A stretch of 62,869 nucleotides of DNA, filler included, from Octopus bimaculoides (GCF_001194135.2; 3 parts of 3 records of this genome joined end to end with filler, not necessarily neighbours in it); one strand, 5' to 3'; positions 1-14,492 are shown, numbered from the whole stretch's first letter. Notes: generated from the sequence alone by a model not told the origin. Numbers and translations are program-made.

Positions 1-827
1 TGTATGTATGTATGTATGTATATATGTGTGATAAACGTCTTTACTTTCTGCTTATGTTACAATCCCATTTTCTCATCTCTCTCTCTATCTCTTTATCTAT
101 CTATCTATCTGTCTATCTATCCATCTATCTATCTATCTATATATCTAGATTGTTATGTGTATGTATATAAGCGCGTACACATAGCACACACCCACGCACA
201 CACATAGACACACACACACATAAATCACACCACACAGAAACAAACAGATACACACGTATACACGAATTTATTGATTGAAGTGAGTTACATCATAATTGAA
301 GCATAATTAACCCATTGAAACCAGACAGAACATTTAAGAAACTAAAATCGCCTGTATTTGTTGACGTATACTTCAAATTCAATAAATTCAACTTTAATCT
401 CATCTCCTATTATTGCTCTCGTGTACATGATAGAGCAGGTTCATTTCAGATTTGGATGTAAAATTTAGTCTAGAAATGTTTTAAACCTAATATGTCAAGT
501 ATTTGATTCTCACCTCTGTCTTGAAATCTTTATCTCATATCACTTCTTCTAGTTATAGACAAAACTTTCTCACAGCACACACACTTACACACACACTTAT
601 ATACACACACACGCACAAACACTCACACTCACAAAAACGCATACATGCATACACACACACGTACAGACACGCACTTACACGCACATACACATGCATGCGA
701 CGAGCTTCCGTACATTTTTGTATCTGCCATATTCGCTAATATGGCATTTGTCCGGGGCCATAGTAGAAGGCGCTACCCATGTTTTCGCGTTGTGGGAGTG
801 CTTCTGCACCTATAGACTAAAGATTTT

Positions 828-920
828 GCTTACAGCGCTTAGATTTCTCAAGTAGTCATCAATCTCAGTGCTATGTGGGTCCGACGTTGCTTGACCTCAG
901 TGAACAATTGTTTTCAGCTC
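828..920 (-). pseudogene. Degenerate 5S rRNA-like relic (5S pseudogene or SINE3-type head)
   Basis: The minus strand reads TCACTGAGGTCAAGCAACGTCGGACCCACATAGCACTGAGATTGATGACTACTTGAGAAATCTAAGCGCTGTAAGC. It aligns without gaps over 76 nt (about two-thirds identity) to the 3' part of invertebrate 5S rRNA as I recall it (TCACCGAAGTTAAGCAACGTCGAGCCCGGTTAGTACTTGGATGGGTGACCGCCTGGGAATACCGGGTGTTGTAGGC). Box A is recognisable and box C is decayed. Confidence 0.6.
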
Positions 921-949
921 AAAGATCAGAACTGGTCTGGATATAAACG

Positions 950-1045
950 ACAGCAACAAAAAAGAACAAGAACAAGAACAAGAACAACAAGAACAACAAG
1001 AACAATAACAATAACAACAATAACAACAACAACAGCAATAACTGC
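950..1045. repeat. (AAC/AAG/AAT)n low-complexity array
   Basis: Direct reading. Confidence 0.95.
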
Positions 1046-2091
1046 AACATCACTGTACAAGCTGCATGAATTGAACAATCATCTTTGACTCAATTCATAA
1101 CTACACATTCAATCTCTCATTGCCATATAAAATGGCAGTTCAGATTTGTATCTTTTTGTTTTTGTCTATGTTTATACTTGCTTACAACCACAAAAAATTA
1201 TTGACATCGTTCAAGTCAAGGTCAATTGATTTCTTTCTTTCTGAGTGAACAAGCAATCCAGCTGTTTTCATCATTTTTCTTAGTGCTTTGTCCAAAATCA
1301 ATACATTTACCGATTTTATATAACGCATGGTAACAAAATTCCACCGCTGATTTTTCACTCGAATTATTAAACTAAGCAAGAGCTTCAATGTAATCTGTTT
1401 TTACATGGCTTCACTATAACGCTTTTTGAAAGTAAAAAGCAATTTAAGAAGTAGGAAACATTACGATAATACAAAATATATTAGGTTAGCGTTCGTTGAG
1501 TGCTTGCGTCATTTGTGTATGTGATTTCTCAAAGCAACTTACAATTTGGTTAGTAACGTTTTATTAATCAATTTTTTTCCTTTAAATTTCCTCTGCACTA
1601 AAAATTTCCTACGACTGCCATATAAGCATTCATTTCAAATGCACCAGTGTATATGTGAGGAATATAGGCGATTATTAAAGAACATATATATATACTTGTG
1701 TGTTGTATTCATTTTTGCCAGCCCAGGAGAAGGAAAAGCATAATGGAAATGCAGGAAAGAACCAAAACAACGCCATACATTATTCAATAATTCTTTACTG
1801 CGTAATTGACACTCAAGGAAAAGGTTATATTTAACTTAATAAGATAGATTCACTCCCTGAGGTATGTTCTGTGTCTGCCAGGATTCAAATAAAACAACCT
1901 ACCTATGTCTAAGTTTGAAATAATTGAGATTTCGGGAAAGTCAACACGTTTCAGTATTTTGTAATCTGAAGCTGTTTCCTCTATTTAAGCACAGACCCAA
2001 CGTCTGTTTCTCAATTTGTCTGGTCTTTATTAATTACAGAGTACTTGATCAACACACTAATTATGTTATTTCTCCATTTACGGGGTATACA

Positions 2092-2159
<68 letters not shown>

Positions 2160-2759
2160 CTCACACACACACTTACAGACACACTCTCTCTCTTTCTCTC
2201 TCTTACACACACACACATACACACATAACACTAAGATATTGTTAAAGCGAAAACTGGATAGTCGTTTATTTTTTTTATAATCCAAAGCTTTCTAGATTTC
2301 AAAATCTATTATTTCTCTTTACCAAACTCTTTGCCCAATTCGTTTTTGTTTTTACAATTTTGAATACTGTACAGCATGAGTTGGTAGAATTTAACTGTTA
2401 TGCTTTGCACATCGATATAACGCATTGTTGATCCATAGTTATTCACAGAGTTATCTTTAACATTAATTTGCCTCTTACGATATGTGTTGGATAGTTAAGG
2501 TCTTTGCTGGAGAACAAAATCGAAGACAATCAATATATTTAATATCATGAAACAAGATCTAGTTTTACGCTTCCAGAAACATTAACCATTGAATAAAATT
2601 GAAAACAGAATCAAATTAAGGCGGGAAAATGTTTAAGAAGTACGTCTTGCAGCTGATAAGTCTCGGGAGATATTCTACGCTACAATATGTTGAGCAGTTA
2701 TTTTTGTTTTCGTTTGGTCGGTCTCAGTCTAGTGAGTGAAATTAAGTAGAGGAAACTGT

Positions 2760-2955
2760 ATAGAAGCCTGCCAGACAGATCCTTCCTATGGGTCGAAAGG
2801 TACAGACTTGTCCAACGGTATATTTCACCCGTTCAGCGTGAGAATATTCTTCACTGATCGGTGGAATAAAACAGCTACTCACATCTTAAGTCAGGAGCAA
2901 GTATCTCACTCGTTTGAACAACTGAATCATTATCGTCGAACGACGGAGGTCCACG
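2760..2955 (+). mobile_element. Old diverged copy of the 3' part of SINE family 3
   Basis: CAGCTACTCACATCTTAAGTCAGGAGCAAG...CAACTGAATCATTATCGTCGAACGACGGAGGTCCA is colinear with the 3' end of the SINE at 41805-42073 (CAGCCACTTGCACGTTAATTTGACGAGCAGG...CAACTGGAACCTTCGACGTCGTAAGCGACGGAGTGCCA). Confidence 0.55.
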
Positions 2956-3043
2956 ATAAATACATATATATATNNNNNNNNNNNNNNNNNNNNNNNNNNN
3001 NNNNNNNNNNNNNNNNNNNNNNNNNNNNNNNNNNNNNNNNNNN

Positions 3044-3087
<44 letters not shown>

Positions 3088-3874
3088 TGTATGTACGTCT
3101 GTGTGTCTATGCACGCATTTGTATGTGCGTGTGTACGTGTGTGTGGGCGTATTTATGTGTGTGTGTGTGTGTGTGTGTGCGTGTCTGAGCATGTGTGCGG
3201 TGTGTGACAAGAGGGACGATTAATTATGAATAAATATATACATACCTTCATCTATACATACATATACGTATGCGCATATCTACGTATACACCCATACAGA
3301 TATGCAAATACACACATACTTTTATACAGAGATTCTGGACACTTTCTTTCAGATGACTCTAGAGAATCAGAGGCTATTGTAAAATTAATATTTGCTAATG
3401 TTCTACGCAGCAAGATAAAACACAACAAAAGTACCATATGTTTGTGAAGCGAATTTCTTAGCCATATGGTTATATCTCCGCCTCAATTAGCTTCATACGT
3501 GTTTTGTATTTCTAGAAGAACACAGGGTAATACGACTCTTATATCTAGCATATAAAGACTTCGTTAATAGCTCGATAACTAGCTGTTTCAATAAATAACT
3601 GACTGTCCAAAAACTAATCGTTATCATATATATACTGGTGTAGAATGCATTTTTGCGATCCGTTTAGATAAAATGTATTACCATATTCTTTTCTACTCTA
3701 GACACAAGGCCGGAAATGTTTGGGGAGGGGGGCATTCGATTAAAGGGGCGAGGAAAACTGAAGGGCCGCTGCAAAAAGAATGTGAATTTGAGTGGGGAAT
3801 ATGTTGGAATAAAATCGTAATTATCTGATCCTCCATTATTTTCTTTTACCCAAAGCCAGGAACCTTTCAGTACC

Positions 3875-3930
<56 letters not shown>

Positions 3931-3964
3931 NNNNNNNNNNNNNNNNNNNNNNNNNNNNNNNNNN

Positions 3965-4020
<56 letters not shown>

Positions 4021-4604
4021 TATATTAACGACGAGAAGAAATGATTGATTGTGGTATGTTTCTTTTTTTATTTTATCAGATCAGTAAGGCAACAAATTCG
4101 ATATCTACTAATACAACAAGACCGGAATATTCCATTATTTAAGCAAATTTCCAGAGGCGTTAAATATACCTAGGTATAAAGATGCATGACTATTTGTAAG
4201 CCAATGTGTTTCCATATAATACAATATATTCAAATCAAATGCATAAATAAATAAATATTATGTCGTCTCAAAGAATATGAAGATAGGCTAAATGCGGATA
4301 TCGCTGTTGTTGTTGTTGTTTTTGTGGTTGTTGATGTTGTAGTTGTTGCTGCTGTTCGTACTTGTGAGATGTGCAGAAGGTTTCCTAAAACTGCTGAATA
4401 ACATATAAGGTTAACATAGAAGCATATATCCTATTACACTCTAAACCCCTCGTTCTTACGTCGAATTATGTTTCCTTACAAAACCATTGTACTTTTTCTC
4501 TTTACACACACACACACACATCCACACACGCACGTATATATGTATACACACATATATATATAGTTTACACACACACACAAACACATATATAGACCTATGC
4601 GTAT

Positions 4605-4641
<37 letters not shown>

Positions 4642-6731
4642 NNNNNNNNNNNNNNNNNNNNNNNNNNNNNNNNNNNNNNNNNNNNNNNNNNNNNNNNNNN
4701 NNNNNNNNNNNNNNNNNNNNNNNNNNNNNNNNNNNNNNNNNNNNNNNNNNNNNNNNNNNNNNNNNNNNNNNNNNNNNNNNNNNNNNNNNNNNNNNNNNNN
4801 NNNNNNNNNNNNNNNNNNNNNNNNNNNNNNNNNNNNNNNNNNNNNNNNNNTATATGCACACACATAATTACAGACTCATACATATTTAAAAGTACATGTG
4901 TGTGCATGTGCGTGTATGAGCACAGAGAGGTATATAGACATGCAAATATGTATATAAGAGCTTCTATGTGTGTGCGTCTATGAGTGTGTGTGTGTGAGTG
5001 TGTGTATATGTATGTGTTTGTGTTTTTCTTAATATTTGTATCTCTTTATATATCTTTATATCTAAAGTGTCTGCATACATAAAGACACTAATACACCTAC
5101 CGACATACGCACACTCACACAAACACACACACACACATACACATACACATGTATGCAGACGGAGATGCATATCGATACGTACAAACATAATAAGGACTCG
5201 TGGTCGTGCCTAATTGAATTGAGAAAAACGTGGTATCGTTTTGTAACAAATATGCAATTCACAGTGAATCTAGGATCAATATTCACTTGTCGCATCGCCC
5301 TCCTCTATCTTTCGTTCTCTCGTCTTCTAGAATCAAAAGAATTTTAGCTAACATTCATTAATTAAATAAAAATGAAAGCAAGCAAGCAAGAAAGGAAGGA
5401 AGGAAGGAAGGGTGAATGGAAATTACGAAAGAAAGAAAGAAAGCAATTTAAAGAGACAAAGATGGCGGGAGATGATGGGAAGTATTAAGGAGAAAGAGAG
5501 AGAGAGAGAAACAGAGAAAAAGACACAGAGAAAGTGAGAGAGGGAGGAAAGAGAGAGGGGTGGGGGAGAGGACGAATGAAAGGAGACTTTAGTGCCGTGT
5601 CAATTCAGCAGAAGCTTTTAATCAGAGGATGTAAGTTCATGTATTTTCTTTAGAACATTCTGGAATGCGTCAATCGAGTGGAGAACGTCCGCGTCAAAAG
5701 TATAATATAATGGCGAACGAGAAAGTGTGAGCGAGAGAAAGAGAGAAAATGTGCGAGGGTGAGAGAATGGGAATGAGTGACGGAAAAAAACAGGAGGGTG
5801 TGAGAGTGAGAGAAATGGACGGGTGAGGCTCAGTAATACACTTAATATCGACCAGCAGTTACATCGACATACACTGGGATACAAAGATGTTTACACACCC
5901 TTCGTATCACGAACATACCGACACATACGATTGCATACGGATACATATATTGAGCGTATGATTTTACAGATAGTCATCTCGATTCATACAAATACATACA
6001 CCGCCAACAACGCAAGCAGGAGACCGCTCATACGTATTCATTTCTGAACGCTCTTCACACGGCAAACGTCCGGACACATACACATACATTCAGAGACGTG
6101 GATACAGAGCGTATATTTCCACTGACAAAGCAAAGGTGTGGAGGGATAGCAATCACCATCCGTACACTCCCATGCGCCGACAACACAAGTAGATCATTCA
6201 TACGTATTATACATGCTTATACACTCTTTACAAGGCGAACATATCGGCATATATATAGAGAGAGACGTATACTAGGCCTATAATTCTGCGCACAGGAAAA
6301 GTGTAGAGGGATAGTAATAGCCGTAGATACACATCCACACGCCAAATACACCGCAGACGAACACATAAACGGACACATGCAAACACCAAATAAATACCCA
6401 AGCAAACAAATATACATGCGTATAGCCTTTATAAAACACACACCAAAACCACTAATCATACATACAGAATAATATATATATATATAGCATAGTACTATAT
6501 TATAGGATATATATATATATATATATATATGAAAGAAGGTTTGAAAATGCACTTATTTTTAAAAAATATTTATTTACTTAACCGGTTTCACTTTTTTAGA
6601 AAAAGATTATCAAAAGTCTTTGAGAATAATAAAAAATGTTAAAAAACAGTTCGAGAATTAAAATGCATATATACATTCTTTGATGATAAAATATATTTAA
6701 AGTATAAAGCTTTGTATGAACTGTGTATTGT

Positions 6732-6808
<77 letters not shown>

Positions 6809-8724
6809 TGCTGATATACGGATGAGCAATACTCGACCGTAACGCGTTGTCCTTATCGTTGAAATAGCTTGATTCAATTGCCGTGCTAACGATTTTCCCA
6901 GCTCACCGCCTTATAGAAATCTATAAATAATACCATATAAATATTGGATTAAAAAACTCTTTGGGACAGAAAAAAATACTGAAGGCTACCTAAGGGACAC
7001 GTGACCAAATTTCCCGTGGATATGACGGACATTCCTCCACTCAACCGAATTTTCTGCTCACTTCCGAAACTTTAGTCTTGTCAGCGAGAATTGTATGTTG
7101 TCAACAGAAGAATAACCTACAAACTTTAGAGAGAACATGAAATAAATCTGTTTTCAGAATTAGTTCTCGAAGTACATATAGAAGCTATAAATAATATGCA
7201 GTAGAAAAAGAGGAAGGGTCAAAAGGCAACCAACAGATACCAGTTTAGAGCATGGAATATATATATTTAAACATAATTGTAGAGCTGTTACAGTACGTGT
7301 ATATCTTGGGTATTTTTTTACAGCTGTTTCCACAACAGATGTTTTCCATATATATAAATATATATAAGCGGATTATTCGATCTTCGGAGAGATAAGAATT
7401 GATGTTGATCTTTAGTAGTGAATTTAGTCATATATTTTAGTAGTTTTGTTGTCAGTACCAGGTTTTAAACAATAAGTAGTGTCGCTGATTATTTCGCCTA
7501 AAATAGGTAGACATAAATAATGGCGCATACAAACAAACAAACACAAAATACTTTGTACACATATACCAATATTCAAACACATACATACATAGTGATAGGC
7601 ATTCGACAGCGAAATGTATACTCACATCTCTTCAAATATATTCTTCCACAAATACATACACACAAGCAATTACACACAGGCATACACATATGCACCCACC
7701 GATCGTTTGGCTTTGGTCTTAGATCCGATCGATCGGAGATTACTTAGGACTAAACTGTACTGTTTACGTGTAAGAAAACAATAAGATATCCTGCAAAAAT
7801 AAGCGAGGAAAAGAACAATATTCTGGCGTCGATATAATCAACTAAAATCTTTAACGGAAGTGCTCAAGTGAGACCTCAGTCAACTTATTAAAACTAATTA
7901 AAATCACAATTATGAACTACATGTTTTACATTTTTTAAAGACACTGTTTATATTTCTGTTGCCTAGTAGTAGGTTAGCTCTCGATCCAGGAAACGTATGA
8001 CCGAATACCTTCAGATCGTGATAATACAAGGTTTCTTTTCATTTCTTCATCTAGAACTACATTATAATATCTTTCATTCATTTAATAAGTCAAAGAGATA
8101 TTTCGCTGCTACTTTTCGTAGAACGAACAGCAGTGCAGAACATCGCTCATTAGATCGCAGGATTGTGTCTTTCTTATTGTTTATTTACACATCAACCCCT
8201 AGTTGACTGCTGTATTAGCAGTTGATATGACTGCGTAGAGAGGCGTATGTTATTCAATAGTAAGCTGTCTTTTATTTTTGTGTTTGTATCATATCCTCAT
8301 AAAACAGAGGAATCCGTATACACAGACATATACTTTCATACTTAAAAATGCTTATAGATTTAATAAGAACTCGTGGGGTGCTTATTTGAAGTGATAGAAC
8401 GGGTATAATACATCAGATTTGATTGCGGTCGGACCAAAAGAGCTGTCAGCATACACGGTATTACTGTGATTTGATAGAAAAATTCCGATACAAAGGATGT
8501 CGAATGCCTTGTTGACGTCTAGCAAAATGCCAAAATGACGTCGGGCAAAATGACTGATTTCAGCAATCATCTCAGAGAGGTTTGCCTGCTGTTGAATGAG
8601 ACAAGAATGAGTAACAGTACATTGGATCTTGCTCTACGGGATCTGTACTGTTTGCATATGTATATATGTATGTATATGTATATATATATATATGTATATA
8701 TATATAATGTGATTAGGTTTTTAG

Positions 8725-8924
8725 AACACGCCTACATCGCTAGAAATAAGAGCTAAACCGCTCTAATGTTGTAGTTAAAGCACATGAATGAAAACGTACA
8801 CCAACAGGGACCATAATCGTCCGAAGAGTGCCACTCGGTCAGTGTTAGTGTATACATTTTCATTCTTGTGCGTTAACTACGGCGTCAGAGCGGTTTAGCT
8901 CTTATTTCTAGCAACGTAGGTGTT
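8725..8924. repeat. ~200-bp imperfect palindrome (fold-back MITE-like)
   Basis: Arms at about 8725-8812 and 8837-8924, with a perfect 26-bp core GCTAGAAATAAGAGCTAAACCGCTCT (8739-8764) matching 8887-8912. Confidence 0.9.
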
Positions 8925-9519
8925 GCCTAACATACTACTTACATTTAGTGATGTTTGCAGTTCTCCTTTTCGGTGCAACATAGCAAACTGTTGCTTAATT
9001 ATATATATATANNNNNNNNNNNNNNNNNNNNNNNNNNNNNNNNNNNNNNNNNNNNNNNNNNNNNNNNNNNNNNNNNNNNNNNNNNNNNNNNNNNNNNNNN
9101 NNNNNNNNNNNNNNNNNNNNNNNNNNNNNNNNNNNNNNNNNNNNNNNNNNNNNNNNNNNNNNNNNNNNNNNNNNNNNNNNNNNNNNNNNNNNNNNNNNNN
9201 NNNNNNNNNNNNNNNNNNNNNNNNNNNNNNNNNNNNNNNNNNNNNNNNNNNNNNNNNNNNNNNNNNNNNNNNNNNNNNNNNNNNNNNNNNNNNNNNNNNN
9301 NNNNNNNNNNNNNNNNNNNNNNNNNNNNNNNNNNNNNNNNNNNNNNNNNNNNNNNNNNNNNNNNNNNNNNNNNNNNNNNNNNNNNNNNNNNNNNNNNNNN
9401 NNNNNNNNNNNNNNNNNNNNNNNNNNNNNNNNNNNNNNNNNNNNNNNNNNNNNNNNNNNNNNNNNNNNNNTGCACATAATTTTGTGTATTATGAATTATT
9501 GGCGGTGAACCTTGTTCTG

Positions 9520-9810
9520 ACATTGCAGCAATAATCACTACCACCACAACCAACGTCACCTCCACCACCACCACCACCACCACCGCCGCCGCCGCCATAA
9601 CCATCTTCACCGCCATAACCACCATTGACACAATCCCCATCAGGATGACTACTACCACCACCATCACCACCAGCCGCAGCACCAGCAGCACAATTACTAC
9701 AACCCCAACCCAATCACCACCACTATTATAACAGCAGCAACAACGACAGCAACAACAATAACTACGTCTATAACAATAAGAATAACCGCAGCAAGCAGAA
9801 GCAATAATAA
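9520..9810. repeat. Mixed trinucleotide array (CAC/CAG/AAC)
   Basis: Direct reading. It accounts for the poly-G/V/C ORFs in the track. Confidence 0.9.
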
Positions 9811-9923
9811 CTGGTGATATTGTCAACAGCAACAGAGATGCATACTGAAGACTGTACAGACGTATTCACACAGAAGGTATTAATTTGCACTCATGCACAC
9901 ACACACACAAACANNNNNNNNNN

Positions 9924-9969
<46 letters not shown>

Positions 9970-10653
9970 TCACAAACAGAGAGACAGATACACGCAGAAA
10001 CACAGACACACATGGAATAACGCATAGAAACGCGCTCGCGCAAGGACATATTCTCTTTGAAGCGAAAAGTCGACGTAGAAGTTCGGATGTAAACTTTAAA
10101 ATCATCAAATTAATAAAGATGTTGCTTGTATTGGTGCCTGGAGATTCACATCCTTTGATGTTTCCATCCCATTATTTACTGTTTGGTGCATCGGTTTAAT
10201 GCTTTAACACGTTTACATTTGCAGGCGTTGATTGATAGATGAAAGACTATGTGTATATGTGAGCCTAATAACTCTCAGGGAGTAGTAATTCCTTAAGTGA
10301 CATTTCACCTATCGATGATTTTGCTTAAATCCATTCCATATGAGTAGCAATCACGCCATAATTATCAGGCAAAAAAAAAAGAGAAAAAGAAACAAATCGA
10401 AACAAAAAACAACAACAACAAAAGAAACAAAAGAAAATAAAGGAGAAAATTAATGTGCGTCTCCTAGTTTCTGAATAACCAACTCCTTTGTTTCTTGGTT
10501 GCTAAAGAACGATGTAACGCAACAGGTTTTAACCAGAATCTGTTCTGTGCAATATAATCAGCCATAGTGTTACCAAGTATTACATTTAAAACCTGCTATA
10601 TCTTAAAAATATTATTTTTTTTATTACTTGTTAAACTAAAAAATTATTTTCAT

Positions 10654-10719
<66 letters not shown>

Positions 10720-12552
10720 ATTATATTTAAATCTTGAATTTAGAATTCATGAAATGTACTTTTAGAGGAGATGCGAATATAAAAATTTGGAAGAAACTTT
10801 ATCAGCAATTCTGGTAGTTTGGTAGAAACAAAAAAGAACACCTTGCCGAGCGTTAAATTAATACACCTGTTTGTTGCTTATATACTTGTCTTCGTCTTTT
10901 GCTTTTCTGTAAATTTCAACTATATATATATATATATATCGATACAGACACTCATACACACACACATATTTAAATCTTGAGTTTAGAATATGATATATAT
11001 TTATAAGAAGAACATTTAGAGATGCGGAAACAAAAATTTGGAACAAACGTAACAAGCAACGCTAGTAGTTTGGCTAAAAGAAAAAAAGAACTATGGATAT
11101 AATTTTAATTTTACAGTTTAATAATAATCAACTTGTCAGAAATTAGAAGCAAAATTTGTATACATCTTTGAAAAGTAGAAGAATTCTAAGAATAATTAGC
11201 AACACGTATTGCTGAAAATATTTAGCATCGACGTAAGATTAAGAGAGTTATGAATGAAGAATTAATTAGATAATTGAATCCTGAATTAAGATATTATAAT
11301 TATAATTAAATGAATTCGATTGTGTGACGTTTACACATCTCTTTAGAAATTTAATGATTGAAATCAAAAGAATAAATTTAAATCCGAGAAAGAGAAATAT
11401 GTTTGGCGAATTCTGATCTCATGGAGACTATTACACTTTTAGTTCTTCACACATGTTCCAAAATAATTAGTCACAGAAAAGATTTCAAATTACTAAGAAT
11501 GTTATTTATTTAGTGAAGTGGTAATATAAATAGTATGGAAGAAACAACGACGAGGTTTTAAATTTAAATAAAAATCGCAGTTAAGCTCACGTTTTAGCAA
11601 TTAGTGACGCAGATCACCATTTCAATAGAATTAGTAACAAAGATGATTTTGAAATATCTTCCAAATGAGTAGGATTTAAAAAATATTGTTCGGTAAAGTA
11701 AATGGTTTAAAATATTTATCAAAGAATTTATTTGTTTACTTTTTTAACAATTTTCAGCAAAAAGAATTGAAAAATAATTAGGTACACAGATGATTTTAGA
11801 AGAGAAATTTCAATTAAAAGAAGATTTTGTATATTTTTATGCAAGAGCAACGTTAAAACGCTACACCTATCATAAAACTTTTATATAAATATTTTATCTT
11901 CATTATCACTGTCCTCGTCATTTGTGTTTTCCCAATAAGTTTTCTACGCTAGCATCAAGTTTTTGTGGTAATTAAGGAAGCTATTTTAAATTCAATTTTA
12001 TTGTTAAGAATATGAAATTGTGCAACATTTGATGATTTCGCCAATCGATGATGAGATAAAATGAGATTAGCCACAAAAGCGCTGTAGTATTTAAAATTAT
12101 ATAAAAGTTAGGAATATATCGCGAAAATATTTATATATGCAGTTAAGTGATTAAATTTTATGTGTCGCTCAAACAAATTAAAACCTTTTGATAGTATATT
12201 TTATGTAGATCCTCACAAACAACACACATAAAATATTAATTTGCTTCAGATGTAAACAATATTTACAAAATGATTTTATAGGCTATGCTAAACTGAAAAT
12301 ATTAGTTAATACTTTTTTTTAAATATTTTGCGATACGTATAAACGTAGCTTACAGGGAATCTTTTTCCTTTGAAGTGTTATCCATAATAAAGCTGTATCC
12401 AATTATTTATCGGGTGTAGGTAAACATTGAGACAGACAAATACATTCATATACAGAGCAAACACAAACGCATACAGTGCCACTCTAAAAGATACAATCCA
12501 AACTAACTTAAAAATCTAGCACTGATATTTCACTAGCTAAATACTTTTATAG

Positions 12553-12567
12553 TATATGAGCGCCGAG
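12553..12567 (+). CDS. Candidate 15-nt microexon (YMSAE or YERR frame)
   Basis: ctaaatacttttatag|TATATGAGCGCCGAG|gtaacg. Supported by splice signals only. Confidence 0.2.
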
Positions 12568-13072
12568 GTAACGGAAGAATAAAATTATTTGAGTAAGTTT
12601 CATATCATACCTTGTTTAAACTTTGTGTTTCGGGGTACAAATCCTGTCATAGTATCTATCATTCTTTCTTTTATATTTCTTTATATATATTTTTGACGTA
12701 TATCATTTATCTCTCCAACATCAAAACACGTGTTCAAGTAATATACTAGACTTCGTATAAAAGCTTTATATCTCTCGCCCAGTGAATCACTACCATTTTA
12801 TTATCCCATTATTAGGGCAGTAAATGTATAGAAATTACAGTGCGTCGTACAAATACCTTTCAGTACTTACTTTTACAGCTACAAGTTCTGAGTTTCCAAT
12901 ATCTCTAGGGTGCAATATATTTTTCATCTCATCAGAAATTATAGAAAGCCTTCAACACCTGTGAACCACACTCATTTCAACACCTGTGAATCGCACTTAA
13001 TGGAAATTATTGATACTAGTAATTTCATAATTTCATTTACTGTAGACACATTAGAAATACTGACATGATAAC

Positions 13073-13119
<47 letters not shown>

Positions 13120-13571
13120 NNNNNNNNNNNNNNNNNNNNNNNNNNNNNNNNNNNNNNNNNNNNNNNNNNNNNNNNNNNNNNNNNNNNNNNNNNNNNNNNN
13201 NNNNNNNNNNNNNNNNNNNNNNNNNNNNNNNNNNNNNNNNNNNNNNNNNNNNNNNNNNNNNNNNNNNNNNNNNNNNNNNNNNNNNNNNNNNNNNNNNNNN
13301 NNNNNNNNNNNNNNNNNNNNNNNNNNNNNNNNNNNNNNNNNNNNNNNNNNNNNNNNNNNNNNNNNNNNNNNNNNNNNNNNNNNNNNNNNNNNNNNNNNNN
13401 NNNNNNNNNNNNNNNNNNNNNNNNNNNNNNNNNNNNNNNNNNNNNNNNNNNNNNNNNNNNNNNNNNNNNNNNNNNNNNNNNNNNNNNNNNNNNNNNNNNN
13501 NNNNNNNNNNNNNNNNNNNNNNNNNNNNNNNNNNNNNNNNNNNNNNNNNNNNNNNNNNNNNNNNNNNNNNN

Positions 13572-13611
<40 letters not shown>

Positions 13612-13812
13612 ACACACACACACAAACACACACTTTATCCCTAACTCCACTTTCAAACAGGCAGCGCCAAGGGTTCGTTCCTCTATCACGTCGCCATTTA
13701 TCTCTCAGTAAAATGAAAAATGACTTATCGTTATTCTTTTATGATTCGGTATATGTATATGCTATCCGTATGCTTGCAAGTATGACTGTATGTATATATG
13801 TATTGGCGCAAA

Positions 13813-14420
13813 AGTGGCTGTGTAGTAAGTAGCACGTTTATTAACCATATATTTTCGGGTTCAGCTCCAATATGTGGCACCTTGGGCAATTGTTTTCTAT
13901 TATAGCCTCATGTGTGTGTGTGTATGTGTGTGTGTGTTTGTGTGTGTGTGTGTATATTTGTGTAACTGTGTTTGTTCCCCTACTATCGCTTGACAACCGA
14001 TGCTGGTGTGTTTACGCCCCCGTAACATAGCGGTTCGGCAAAACTCGTGGAGTCGTTTTGTTCGACTAAAGGCGGTGCTCCAGCATGACTGCAGTCAAAT
14101 GACTAAAACGAGAGTCATCTACTATATCCTCGGTCCGACCAAACCCTTGTGAGTGGATTTGGCAGACGGAAACTCAAAGAAGCCCGTCGTATATATGTGT
14201 GTTAGTATGCGTGTGCGCGTTTGCGTATCTGTGTTTGTGCCCCCACCAACATCGCTTGACAACCGATGCTGGTGTGTTTACGTCTCCGTAAAAGAGACCG
14301 TTAGAATATATACTAGGCTTACAAAGAATAAGTCGTAGGGTTAATTTGCTCGATTAAAGGCGGTGTTCCAGCATGGCCGCAGTCAAATGACTGAAACAAG
14401 TAAAAGAATAAAAGAAAAAA
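13813..14420 (+). mobile_element. Two tandem partial CORE-domain SINE copies (octopus OR-type)
   Basis: tRNA-like head GTGGCTGTGTAGTAAG, CORE motif GGCACCTTGGGCAA, (TG)n, then the tail CGCTTGACAACCGATGCTGGTGTGTTTACG...GGCGGTGCTCCAGCATG...AAATGACT present twice (about 13970-14110 and 14240-14420). Confidence 0.85.
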
Positions 14421-14492
14421 AGAATATATATATATATGCATGTATTTTTTTCTTTATTTGCATGTATACGTGTACTTATATGCTAATGTGTG

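Noticed and set aside
1182-1388. SAVE/FVTMRYIKS resembling a hAT dimerisation domain
   Set aside because: It needs a frameshift and the similarity is too weak to call by eye.
2736-2960. ORF MKLSRGNCIEAC...
   Set aside because: It overlaps a decayed SINE family 3 tail and runs into microsatellite and Ns.
8382-8570. GILLDVNKAFD resembling an RT motif
   Set aside because: A single short motif with no flanking RT domains. Possibly a very old LINE, but unsupported.
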